From Planctomycetota bacterium (GTDB taxonomy: Bacteria > Planctomycetota > B15-G4 > SIAN01), in NCBI GenBank assembly GCA_028289345.1, contig JANQQL010000047.1, positions 57,454 through 121,453 on the forward strand: DNA of 64,000 bases, in the 5' to 3' direction. A program made the position numbers and the translations under genes. The first letter of the stretch is position 1, and every line of letters starts with the position of its first letter. The notes beneath the pieces were generated by a model. The model was not told the DNA's origin and did not search any database. It saw only the letters and a program-made list of their open reading frames with translations. Positions 37,780 through 46,398 of this stretch are shown piece after piece.

Positions 37780-38256
37780 TCAGGAGTCTCCCTCGGCCCG
37801 GTACGGCTCGCCGAGCTCTTCCAAGATGGACTTCAGTCCGCGGCGAACTGCTTGCAGACGGCGCGCTCCCATCGAGGCCGCGACTCGCTCTTCGACTTCC
37901 TGGCTCGCCTCGAGAATGTCCGCCGCTAGCCGAGTCCCTTTGCGCGTCAACTTCACCAACCGAGCTCTTCGATCACGGGGATGGGCGACGGCCTTGGTGT
38001 AACCACAGTCTTCCAGTTCGCGCACCAACGACCACATGGTTTGTTTGGTGACACTCGCACGCTCTGCAAGGTCGGAAATCGTCGTTCCTGACTTGTCGAT
38101 TCCGCGAAACACATGGGCCGACGCCGCTCTGACTACCAAGTGGCCACGAGCTCTTAACAGTTCCGTGACCTGTCGATTGAACGATACGCGCGCCTTTCCC
38201 ATGAGCACGCCCAAGCTTGTTGGTTCTTTGCTGCGAGCAGGATTCTGATAGCGCAT
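37780..38256 (-). CDS. MarR family transcriptional regulator
   Basis: GTTISDLAERASVTKQTMWSLVRELEDCGY...HPRDRRARLVKLTRKG. Confidence 0.9.
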   Translation of the reverse strand: MRYQNPARSKEPTSLGVLMGKARVSFNRQVTELLRARGHLVVRAASAHVFRGIDKSGTTISDLAERASVTKQTMWSLVRELEDCGYTKAVAHPRDRRARLVKLTRKGTRLAADILEASQEVEERVAASMGARRLQAVRRGLKSILEELGEPYRAEGDS

Positions 38257-38386
38257 TCGCAAGTCACCGAATTGAATCGTGGATCGAGTTCAGGACGTTC
38301 GATGTTGAAATCTCGATGCTGAAAAACGGACTTGCCTCCCGGCGTCTTCTCACGGTTTTCCTCCATCGAAGCCTGTTACCCAAACG

Positions 38387-38409
38387 TATGGTCAGCGGTA
38401 CTGACGATA
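38387..38409. promoter_or_regulatory. Palindromic operator, candidate MarR site
   Basis: TATGGTCAG-CGGTA-CTGACGATA inverted repeat (one mismatch), about 130 nt upstream of marR in the divergent region. Confidence 0.5.
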
Positions 38410-38507
38410 TCGCTCTCAGCGTCTCTCAGAAAGCCATCCCGCGAAGAAACACCCAGGAGGCTTCCCCCCATGAACTCCCGCGGCTCCGTTCCCCTGAAGA
38501 CGCTGCG

Positions 38508-40289
38508 ATGTCGCCAAGGCAACATTGCGTCCCTCGCGGGACTTCCCTTTCCGTCCAGATTCCGGTGGATTCTTCAACAGCTCGTTCGCTCTCCCCGCGG
38601 GTTGCGGATCCACTCGAGTTGACTGGAAAAGTGCAAGTTTCCGGCAATCCAGGATCTCGATCCGGCAAGAAACGCGCGACCCGAGGGTCACCTCTTGCGC
38701 GAAGCGGTGGCACCTCGAGCAGGCGACAGCAGGGGCTTCCGAATGACACGGGAAGTGGCCCGAGTGATCCGGGAACCAGGCTGAACCGACAGGCCTCGAC
38801 CCAAAACGCCTGCGCGCCCGCGGTGGCGTTGGTCGTCTTGTTCACAGCCCTTTTCGCCGTCTCGGGCTTTGATCGCGATTCGACGAATCTCGAAGCAGAG
38901 ATTGACAGTGCCGCCCGAGCGATGATGGAACGCCATCAAATCCATGGGATCGGTGTGGTCGCCGTGCAAGGCGGACAAGTCTCACTCGCCAAGGGATACG
39001 GATTCGCCAACTATCTGCCGAACCTCCACTGGAAAGCCGCTTTCACGGACCAGTCGCCCTTCTTCTCCTCAACCGTGACAACGACACTCTTGGCAATCGC
39101 TTTGGCGAAACTCGTCGAAACGGGACAAGTTGCCATCGATGCTTCGTTGACAGATTTCGTAGAGCCCCGCTTCTTCCTGAATCCGCAGCAAGCCAACGAG
39201 ATGACCATTCGTCAGCTCCTGATGGAAACGAACGGTTTCTCCCTCCGGGATGGGCAAGCCGAAGAGTCCCAGACCACCCGTCCGCGACTGCACCAACTGG
39301 TGAAGTTCTACGAGTTCGACCACGGAGCCACCATTCGCCCCCAAGAGGTCCCAAGCCATTTGGCCCGGAAGGTCATTCAATCAGCGGTCGACATCCCCTG
39401 GCAACAGTATCTCAATGACCAAGTCTTGAAGCCCTTGGACATGAACCAATCGATGCCAAGACTTCCTTTGGACCGCTCCCGCCTCGTGTTGCCCTACGCC
39501 TTTGATCGACTCGAACCGTTGTCCCTGGTCGGCGTCACCAAGACGGGTCTGCCACTCGATGGCGTCTACTCGACACTGCAGGACATCGGCAAACTGCTGC
39601 AGCTCCTGACCGCGCACGTCCCCCCCGAAGCTCACTCCCTGGCAGACAGCTGGAGCCTTCTGGCACAGCGAGATCACCACCACTCCAAAGAATCAGACGC
39701 TGGCGTGGTCCGGGGATCACCACTCTCACGGCTGGAGTCGCGGAATCGCAGGACGCCCCTCCGGTGGACGTCCGGCAGCTTCGACGGCCATGAATCGTGG
39801 TTGTCGTACGACGCCGAATCCGGAGATGGCGTATTCGTTTTCGTGAACGAACAAGTGGGTGGTGCCCGGGTCGCAATGATGCTGGGCGCTCTCTTCCATG
39901 ACCTCACGGTCCACGAACCGGATACGAACGAGAACCGCGACTTCTTCGAACAGTGGATCGCCGAAGCCTATCAAGAGTCCGCGGGTTCGCCGCTAGTTCC
40001 GGTTGCCGTCAGCCAAGCCACGTTCCCTCGGGGGACTTTTCGAAGTGATCGGTACGGAGTTCTTTCTCTCCAAGAAGACAGCTCGCAGCTCCGGGTCAAT
40101 CTGGGAACACTCGAAAGCTTTGGCTTGGAAGCCAAGGATTCTCAGGGCACGGGAAACCCGCTGCAGTTGCTGGTGGAGTTCTTGCCCGGCCGCGTGCAGA
40201 GCCTGGAAATTCAGACCCAGGATCAGCTGATCTATCGGAACCGTCGGGGGGAGATCCTCGACACTTTCTTCCGGGTTGCCGGCCAGTAG
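38508..40289 (+). CDS. Beta-lactamase-fold serine hydrolase-like protein with degenerate catalytic motifs
   Basis: IHGIGVVAVQGG...AKGYGFA, LVETG, MTIRQLL, VLKPLDM, GVYSTLQDIGK; the SxxK position reads STVTT; start codon uncertain (may be nearer 38800). Confidence 0.7.
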   Translation: MSPRQHCVPRGTSLSVQIPVDSSTARSLSPRVADPLELTGKVQVSGNPGSRSGKKRATRGSPLARSGGTSSRRQQGLPNDTGSGPSDPGTRLNRQASTQNACAPAVALVVLFTALFAVSGFDRDSTNLEAEIDSAARAMMERHQIHGIGVVAVQGGQVSLAKGYGFANYLPNLHWKAAFTDQSPFFSSTVTTTLLAIALAKLVETGQVAIDASLTDFVEPRFFLNPQQANEMTIRQLLMETNGFSLRDGQAEESQTTRPRLHQLVKFYEFDHGATIRPQEVPSHLARKVIQSAVDIPWQQYLNDQVLKPLDMNQSMPRLPLDRSRLVLPYAFDRLEPLSLVGVTKTGLPLDGVYSTLQDIGKLLQLLTAHVPPEAHSLADSWSLLAQRDHHHSKESDAGVVRGSPLSRLESRNRRTPLRWTSGSFDGHESWLSYDAESGDGVFVFVNEQVGGARVAMMLGALFHDLTVHEPDTNENRDFFEQWIAEAYQESAGSPLVPVAVSQATFPRGTFRSDRYGVLSLQEDSSQLRVNLGTLESFGLEAKDSQGTGNPLQLLVEFLPGRVQSLEIQTQDQLIYRNRRGEILDTFFRVAGQ

Positions 40290-40341
40290 CATCCGCTTTC
40301 CAGAAGTTTCCAACGAATCCGCCCGACTCAGGAGCCAACCC

Positions 40342-41721
40342 ATGCTCTCGTCCCTTCGCACCCCGTGGAAGAAGGCCTCGAATGATCGGCCCCAGTCGGC
40401 ATGGCTCGCGAGGATCTCCTTTGCTTTGGTCGGGTCTCTGTTCGTTCATCAAGAACAGGCAAACGCCCAGACCCCCGCGTTCAAGAAAGGCGCGGATGCC
40501 TTCGCGGAACCGGTCGAAGTGCTGCATGAGCTCGTGGGAGAGGCGGCGGGCGACCAGTACGGGTGGATCGCTCGATCCGTCGGCGACATGGACGAGGACG
40601 GCTTCCAGGACTTCTTGGTGACGGCCCCCACGTGGAAGACGGGGGGCCAAACTTGCGGCAAGGTCTACGTGTACTCCGGCTCCACTGCCGAGCTCATCCA
40701 CGAATTCGAAGGAACCGCCGGGAGTCAGTTCGGAATGACCGCTGCACCCGCGGGGGACTTTGACGAGGACGGGATCGGGGACTTGGTCGTGGGCGCGCCT
40801 GGCTTTCAGGGCACCGGCGCAGTGTATGTGTACTCCGGGTTTGACGGTCGTCAACTGCTCTGCATCGTTGGTGAAGAGAGTGGAGCCGCGTTCGGCCGCA
40901 AGGCTTGTGGGGTGGCTGATCTGAATGAGGATGGACTTCCTGAGCTTGCCATCGGAGCCATCAGTAGCGGGGTGAGCGGCGCGACTTCGGGCTGCGTCTA
41001 TGTGTATTCCGGAGACGGCGAAGAGGTCCTGGCAGAGATTCCTGGGGAAGCGGCCGGAGATCAGTTTGGATCCGGTCTGGATGCAGAACTCACCGGTAAG
41101 CAACCGTTGCTCGCGGTCGGGGCCATGGGCCACGGGGGCACCGGAAAGGCCTATGTCTACAAACTGTCCGCGAAAGGTGCCGAGCCTCACTTCGTCATCG
41201 AACCTGACTCGACCTCTGCCAACCTCGGCCAGTTCTTCGTCTGCATGATCGGTGATGTGAACGCCGACGGAGCGGTCGACATCTACGCGTCCGACTGGAA
41301 CAACTCTGCTGGCGGGCCCGCCACTGGACGAGTGTTCGTTCACTCTGGGACGGATGGCAAGCGTCTTCTCACTCTGACGGGGACAACTCCCGGTGAAGGC
41401 TTCGGCACCTCCCCGTCCCAGGCCGGAGATGTCAATGGAGACGGACACGACGATTTGATTGTGGGAGCCTGGCAGAACTCCGAGAAAGCCGCCGCCGCCG
41501 GCAAGTGCTATCTCCATTCCGGCAAGGACGGCAAACTGCTCGCCACCTACACCTGCACCCAAGCCGGCGACACCTTCGGCTTCGACGCCACCAACCTGGG
41601 TGACGTGAACGACGATGGTCGCATCGACTTCCTACTCACTTCTGCCTGGAGCCGTGTCCACGGACCGCAGACCGGCCGAGTTTTCGTCATCTCTGCTCCA
41701 GAGTTTCCCGCGGGAGGGTGA
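40342..41721 (+). CDS. Secreted FG-GAP / integrin-alpha beta-propeller protein
   Basis: About 7 repeats of FG..A.AGD.D.DG..DL.VGA.....G.VYVYSG; RBS AGGAG. Confidence 0.92.
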   Translation: MLSSLRTPWKKASNDRPQSAWLARISFALVGSLFVHQEQANAQTPAFKKGADAFAEPVEVLHELVGEAAGDQYGWIARSVGDMDEDGFQDFLVTAPTWKTGGQTCGKVYVYSGSTAELIHEFEGTAGSQFGMTAAPAGDFDEDGIGDLVVGAPGFQGTGAVYVYSGFDGRQLLCIVGEESGAAFGRKACGVADLNEDGLPELAIGAISSGVSGATSGCVYVYSGDGEEVLAEIPGEAAGDQFGSGLDAELTGKQPLLAVGAMGHGGTGKAYVYKLSAKGAEPHFVIEPDSTSANLGQFFVCMIGDVNADGAVDIYASDWNNSAGGPATGRVFVHSGTDGKRLLTLTGTTPGEGFGTSPSQAGDVNGDGHDDLIVGAWQNSEKAAAAGKCYLHSGKDGKLLATYTCTQAGDTFGFDATNLGDVNDDGRIDFLLTSAWSRVHGPQTGRVFVISAPEFPAGG

Positions 41722-42106
41722 GAACCCAGCCCCGATCGACGATCCCTCTCCTCGGACAGGGCCCGAGGAAATCAGTGGAAAGACCTTTCGGCGCCCGATC
41801 GGATCTTGTCGACTGCGTCTTCGTTCTCGAATCCCCGTCGAGTCCGCCGATTCTCCGACGGCCCGACCTCTCGAAGGACACCGAGGCCTTTTTCACCGCC
41901 CCGTGAGCCCGGAAGATTCATGAAGGGCGTCGCGAAAAACTGCTGGGTTGCTTTTCCTGGCTAGGACTTTCGGCGGTCTTCCCCGGGCAGCTCGTCCAAA
42001 TCAAGCAAGCGGTGTCTCTGACGATCCGTTGAGGATGGAGATCGTGGGAATGACGACGCCAGAAAGAGCTTGGGCGTTCGTCACAGGCCTTGATGAGTCA
42101 TCCAGA

Positions 42107-42820
42107 CTAGCACTTGAGCGCTCTTCGCTTCTTCCCTGCTCGACCGGACTCCACGGCCTTTTGGATGGCCTCAGTCGCAATCGGAACTTTGCAAGATGTT
42201 CCGCCCAGCTCGACGTCCACTTTTCCCAGCTTCTTGGCAGTGGCGGTCGCCGCCTTGATCAGCGGCTTCACAAATGATCCCACGGCAATGACGAAACCGT
42301 TCATGGTGTAGCGGACGCGATTGGGCGCCTGGTCAATCTGTTCTTCCACCTGCTTCAGGAGATCTCGGATCTCCCCCAGATTCAGGTCTTCGTCGGAAGT
42401 CACGGTGACGTATCCCGCGTAGGTGCTCCAACCACACGAGGCGACCGAATCCTTTCTCGCCTTCATCCACTTCTTCGCTAGATCCCGAGCGTGCTTGCTC
42501 TCCACGACCACCCGCGGGATCGAGTACTCTGCGATCATCAGCCAACTCGCTGCCTTTGCCCAGGCGTCGAATCGTTTCTTGGTCATCTGAGAGCCATCCG
42601 CCACCATCCCCGCCAAGTACATGGCGTCCCCATTTCCAGTATCGAACAAGTCATAGGCCAGCTGCTGTTGACCCTTGACCTTCTTGGCAATCTCCTTCAT
42701 GTCCGCGACACTGACACCAAACAGTTTCTCGGCAGGAGCCCCATGCTTGGCGAAGACTCGGACACGTGCCGGATTCCCCTTCTTCTCCAACTCCTTCATG
42801 ACTTGAGCCACGGTGGTCAT
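42107..42820 (-). CDS. DNA alkylation repair protein (AlkD-like)
   Basis: FGVSVADMK.IAKK, LFDTGNGDAMYLAG, NRVRYTMNGFVIAVG, VELGGTSCKVP. Confidence 0.85.
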   Translation of the reverse strand: MTTVAQVMKELEKKGNPARVRVFAKHGAPAEKLFGVSVADMKEIAKKVKGQQQLAYDLFDTGNGDAMYLAGMVADGSQMTKKRFDAWAKAASWLMIAEYSIPRVVVESKHARDLAKKWMKARKDSVASCGWSTYAGYVTVTSDEDLNLGEIRDLLKQVEEQIDQAPNRVRYTMNGFVIAVGSFVKPLIKAATATAKKLGKVDVELGGTSCKVPIATEAIQKAVESGRAGKKRRALKC

Positions 42821-43467
42821 CGCGACGTTCTCCAGCTTGCTGGATCGACGGAAACGGATGACGCTCGCAGCGCTCTTCCGCCATCCGATTCTCTCACCGC
42901 TTCATTCATCGCCCCGAGGCTTTGCCGACCGAAGCGTCGTTGAGTTGCCCTTGCGAACGGGGCCCCCCACTTTGCCAAGAAGTGACGCGGCCGGGAGAAG
43001 GCCATGATCGAGTAGGTCACCTCGTCATTCTCCGGGTCCCTTTCCACCAGGAACCGCTCTTCTCCGATTTCTGCGTGGTCGTTCAGAGTGCCGTAGGCAA
43101 AGCCAAACCGCTCTGGCTCGTCGATGGTGTAGACCACTCGACTGAAGTTGGTCCACCACACTCCCATAACCCGAGCCACCACGGCGACCACGCGATCAAC
43201 TTCCAGGTCCCCTTGGTGGGCGATTTGGATCCATGGAATTTGAAACGGCGCCCATTGGCGAATCGCCTCTTTGGCTGCTTCCAGTGCTCCCGGGCCACGA
43301 CCGACCACCTGGGAGTAGCGGTCGACATGGTATCCCGCCGGAGGAGAACTCTGGGTGGCGCCGACCTCGGGGTAGGAGAAGGGCTGGTCCTTCACCGCCT
43401 CGATGTGCTGAATCAGTGAGCGATGCGGCGGACAAGTCAAAGACAGGACAGACAACACAGTCGCCAT
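42817..43467 (-). CDS. DUF1990 family protein
   Basis: FSYPEVGAT, PAGY, RVVY, RFGFAYGTL..HAEIGEERF, AFSRP. Confidence 0.88.
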   Translation of the reverse strand: MATVLSVLSLTCPPHRSLIQHIEAVKDQPFSYPEVGATQSSPPAGYHVDRYSQVVGRGPGALEAAKEAIRQWAPFQIPWIQIAHQGDLEVDRVVAVVARVMGVWWTNFSRVVYTIDEPERFGFAYGTLNDHAEIGEERFLVERDPENDEVTYSIMAFSRPRHFLAKWGAPFARATQRRFGRQSLGAMNEAVRESDGGRALRASSVSVDPASWRTSR

Positions 43468-43592
43468 TCACTCCTGAAGCAGCCGGGAAAACCTTGGACC
43501 CGAGCCAATCTTTGGCGTCCCCAAGGTTCCGAACTCGACGAATGTTCTGCACTCGGCACGAAGAATCGAACACGAACCTGCAACACGGCTCT

Positions 43593-43991
43593 CTACTCCA
43601 ACTCCAACCGCTCCCTCATGTCGACATAGGCCGTCCGGATGAGTTTCGCGAGCGCGGCCTCGTCCACCGCGCTTCCTGGCCGGAGCTTCACGTGCCTCAT
43701 GAACTTCCCCGTGCCTTCCAAAAGACCAACCGGATCCTCGAGCTCGGCACCTCGAAAGAACCCCACATTGACGTGGGCCTTGAACACGTCCACGTAGGCA
43801 AACGCCGCGTCGGCGACACACGCAGTCGGCTGACCGTCGTGAAGAGTCTCTCGGACATCTTCGCCGCACTCGCGCATGAACCGAAACCAGCGGGTGGCGA
43901 TCTCCCCAAGGCCCCCTCCGTGATCCTGGATCCACGCCTCCACCGATGGGTCGCGGCGCGGCGGTTGAGGGAATCGGAACAGAGCAGTCAT
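43593..43991 (-). CDS. DUF1801 domain protein
   Basis: LHDGQPTACV, FAYVDVFKAHVNVGFFRGAELEDPVGLLEGTGKFMRHVKL. Confidence 0.9.
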   Translation of the reverse strand: MTALFRFPQPPRRDPSVEAWIQDHGGGLGEIATRWFRFMRECGEDVRETLHDGQPTACVADAAFAYVDVFKAHVNVGFFRGAELEDPVGLLEGTGKFMRHVKLRPGSAVDEAALAKLIRTAYVDMRERLELE

Positions 43992-44009
43992 GGTCTCCCT
44001 CGCCTTCGG

Positions 44010-44567
44010 TCAACTGGTGCCATCACCCTGGGCCTCATAGGTTAGCTCGACGAAACCTGTCCTGAACGCGGTGACATCCTTCAAGGACCATCGGTGCTCT
44101 GGAAGCTCTTCGTCGAACAGGCGCAACCCTTCGCCGAGCAAGACCGGTGCCAAGGACAGGATCAGACGATCAACGAGGTCTCGCTTCAAGAACTGCTGAC
44201 AGAGATCCGCCCCTCCCACGATCCACACGCTGTCGAACCGTGGAGCCAGGACTTGCCTCACCAGGTCGGAGAGATCCCCCGCGTAGAACTCGACGCTCGC
44301 CCGAGTCGACTTCCACGTTCGGTGGGTGACCACGACAACAGGGGTGTCTCCATAAGGCCACCCTAACTCGAGAGCGTGCTCGTAGGTGCGAGAGCCCATC
44401 ACGTAGCAGTCGATCGACGCGAGCACCTTTTCGATCTCCGCAGCGTTCAGCTCGACGCCCTCGGGATAGGCGTCGCTTGGGCTCTCGAGCCACGACACAC
44501 TGTTGTCCTTTCGGGCGAGGTAGCCATCCAAACTGGTGGCGACATGCAGCGTGACCGTGGGTTTCAT
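44010..44567 (-). CDS. Dihydrofolate reductase-like (RibD C-terminal) protein
   Basis: ATSLDGYLA, VMGSRTYE, WIVGGA, APVLLGEGLRLF. Confidence 0.9.
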   Translation of the reverse strand: MKPTVTLHVATSLDGYLARKDNSVSWLESPSDAYPEGVELNAAEIEKVLASIDCYVMGSRTYEHALELGWPYGDTPVVVVTHRTWKSTRASVEFYAGDLSDLVRQVLAPRFDSVWIVGGADLCQQFLKRDLVDRLILSLAPVLLGEGLRLFDEELPEHRWSLKDVTAFRTGFVELTYEAQGDGTS

Positions 44568-44602
44568 CGTTCGCTCCGCGGAACTTTCCGAACACGGGCT
44601 CC

Positions 44603-45067
44603 TCAGAGCCAGCGCCTCACTCTGTGGAGATACGAATCGTACTCTTCCCCGAACCTGGCCCGAAGAACCCGCTCCTCCGGCTCGATCTGAAATCTCGTGA
44701 TGTAGAGAAAGAAAAGGGGCACGGCAAGCAAACTCACGGCGTTGCCCAGCTTCACGGCCCACGCGCCCAGGACGAGCAACGCCGACAGGTACATCGGGTT
44801 TCGAGTGAACCGAAAGACTCCGTTGGTCACCAAGCGAGAAGCGTTCTCAGGCCTGGTCGGATCCACGGTCGTTCGGGCATTTCGGAACTGGAAGATCGCG
44901 GTGGTCCCCAACACCACGGCCCCCACCAACATTCCTCCCGCGGTCCAGTGGATTGCGGGGTTTTCCAGGACAAGCCCGGTCGGTGTGACCTTTCGCGCAG
45001 CCCAAGCCACGACCCCACAAAGGACCAACACGAACGGGGGAGGGATCTTCAATTCGAGATTCAACAT
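44603..45067 (-). CDS. Isoprenylcysteine carboxylmethyltransferase (PEMT/ICMT) family protein
   Basis: LELKIPPP, TTVDP, LVTNGVFRFTRNPMYL, QIEPEERVL..RFGEEY. Confidence 0.92.
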   Translation of the reverse strand: MLNLELKIPPPFVLVLCGVVAWAARKVTPTGLVLENPAIHWTAGGMLVGAVVLGTTAIFQFRNARTTVDPTRPENASRLVTNGVFRFTRNPMYLSALLVLGAWAVKLGNAVSLLAVPLFFLYITRFQIEPEERVLRARFGEEYDSYLHRVRRWL

Positions 45068-45074
45068 CGGCCCC

Positions 45075-45680
45075 TCACCGAGCGCACCCATCCGAGGGTT
45101 GTGAGCCCGCAAACGACTGATTCACGCCGCCCGGGAGCGAGGTGCGATCGCTCGGGAGGACTCCCGCGGGGTAGTACCAAGAACTCATGACATTCCGCAT
45201 CTTCCCGTGGATGAAACGAGCTTGGATCAATGACACCGGCGTGCCTCGATCGATTCCGACACGGAACTTCCAAACGAGTTCCCAGGCGACATGCCCTTGA
45301 GGATTGACAACGTCTTCGCAGCACCGATTGGCACCCCCACGGTGTGCCGTGAAGTCCATTCAACCGGTCAGCGCAACTTTTCTCCAAGCGTCGGGACGAC
45401 CCAACTTGGCGATGAGAGCATCGACCGTCGCAGACTCTGTCGCAAACTTCTGGCAGGTGGTCAAAAGCTCGTCCGACTGCGCCTTCGTGACAACCCGTGG
45501 CCTTGGCGTCCCAGCGCATCCGAACAAGATCAACCCAGCCAAACCGATGAGCCAACCGCGGAACCACTGTCTGCTCAGGAAAGAGAGCGCCTCTCGAAGG
45601 CCTGTTCGGTCGACAATGCAGGAATCCTCGGCCGGCGCCACCCTCCATCGACAATCAGCGTTCCTCAAGTCTGGACTCAT
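45075..45680 (-). CDS. Lipoprotein with in-frame TGA (45362-45360): candidate selenoprotein, or pseudogene
   Basis: ORFs 45360-45680 and 45075-45359 abut in one frame (GGT TGA ATG); lipobox LILFGCAG; LIAKLGRPD before and WELVW...ARFIHGKM after the TGA look like two halves of one SmpA/OmlA-like domain; start uncertain. Confidence 0.55.
45330..45348 (-). promoter_or_regulatory. SECIS-like hairpin candidate
   Basis: Minus strand GGCAC-A-CC-GTGG-GG-GTGCC, beginning after an 11-nt spacer from the TGA; bulged stem, GU-starting loop at +20. Confidence 0.45.
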
Positions 45681-45687
45681 CGCTCCC

Positions 45688-46314
45688 TCAATTCTCCGAG
45701 CTCCCCTGCGGGATCATGCTGGCGTTTCGCGGAAGCCGGTCGAAGCTTCCATGAAGTAAGAAGGGCTGCGGTGGCCAACCGAGGGCTTTTCCCGTCTCGA
45801 AATCCTCGCAGTGGGGAAGCTCAATGTCGAAGTGACCACTCAGGGTTCCGGCCTCCGACAGCTCGGTGATCTCGCACGTTCCAATGACTGGCTGCCCGAC
45901 GCGAGCACGGACTTTGCGGACGCGATCCTGGAGCAAGAGTTCGAAGACCACGCGAGTCTCCGAATTCAACTGCCCCTCCTCGTCGAATCCGAGAGCCATC
46001 TCCCAATGATCCGCCCCGAGTTCCACGCGCCCTCGGTCGACCCGGCCGAAGAATGCGCCGGGGCTGTCGCTCCCGAAGCCGAGGTGCGATTCGAGCCCGA
46101 AGAGCTTCGGCGGAAGGAGGCCACCGAGCGGCAAGCCGGAGCGTGGCCGAATGATCTGAACGACGAAGGCGGGTCCCGGCGAAGAGCCTGGATCGATGGT
46201 CGGGACGGGACGGTCGGGCCGGTACGACACGAAGGAAAAACCAGCGAGCACCGCGAGGCAACCCAGCAACCCCAGGGGAACGAGCAGCCACGACCTTTGG
46301 CGATTGTGTGTCAT
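45688..46314 (-). CDS. Hypothetical membrane-anchored protein
   Basis: N-terminal TM (WLLVPLGLLGCLAVLAGFSFV) followed by a beta-rich domain. Confidence 0.6.
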   Translation of the reverse strand: MTHNRQRSWLLVPLGLLGCLAVLAGFSFVSYRPDRPVPTIDPGSSPGPAFVVQIIRPRSGLPLGGLLPPKLFGLESHLGFGSDSPGAFFGRVDRGRVELGADHWEMALGFDEEGQLNSETRVVFELLLQDRVRKVRARVGQPVIGTCEITELSEAGTLSGHFDIELPHCEDFETGKALGWPPQPFLLHGSFDRLPRNASMIPQGSSEN

Positions 46315-46398
46315 TCGATGATTGCGGATCTGGTGCAGGCGCACGTTTCTCAACCGCACCTCAGTGACAGTATACCTGTCATTGGATAGCCTCCTCCC

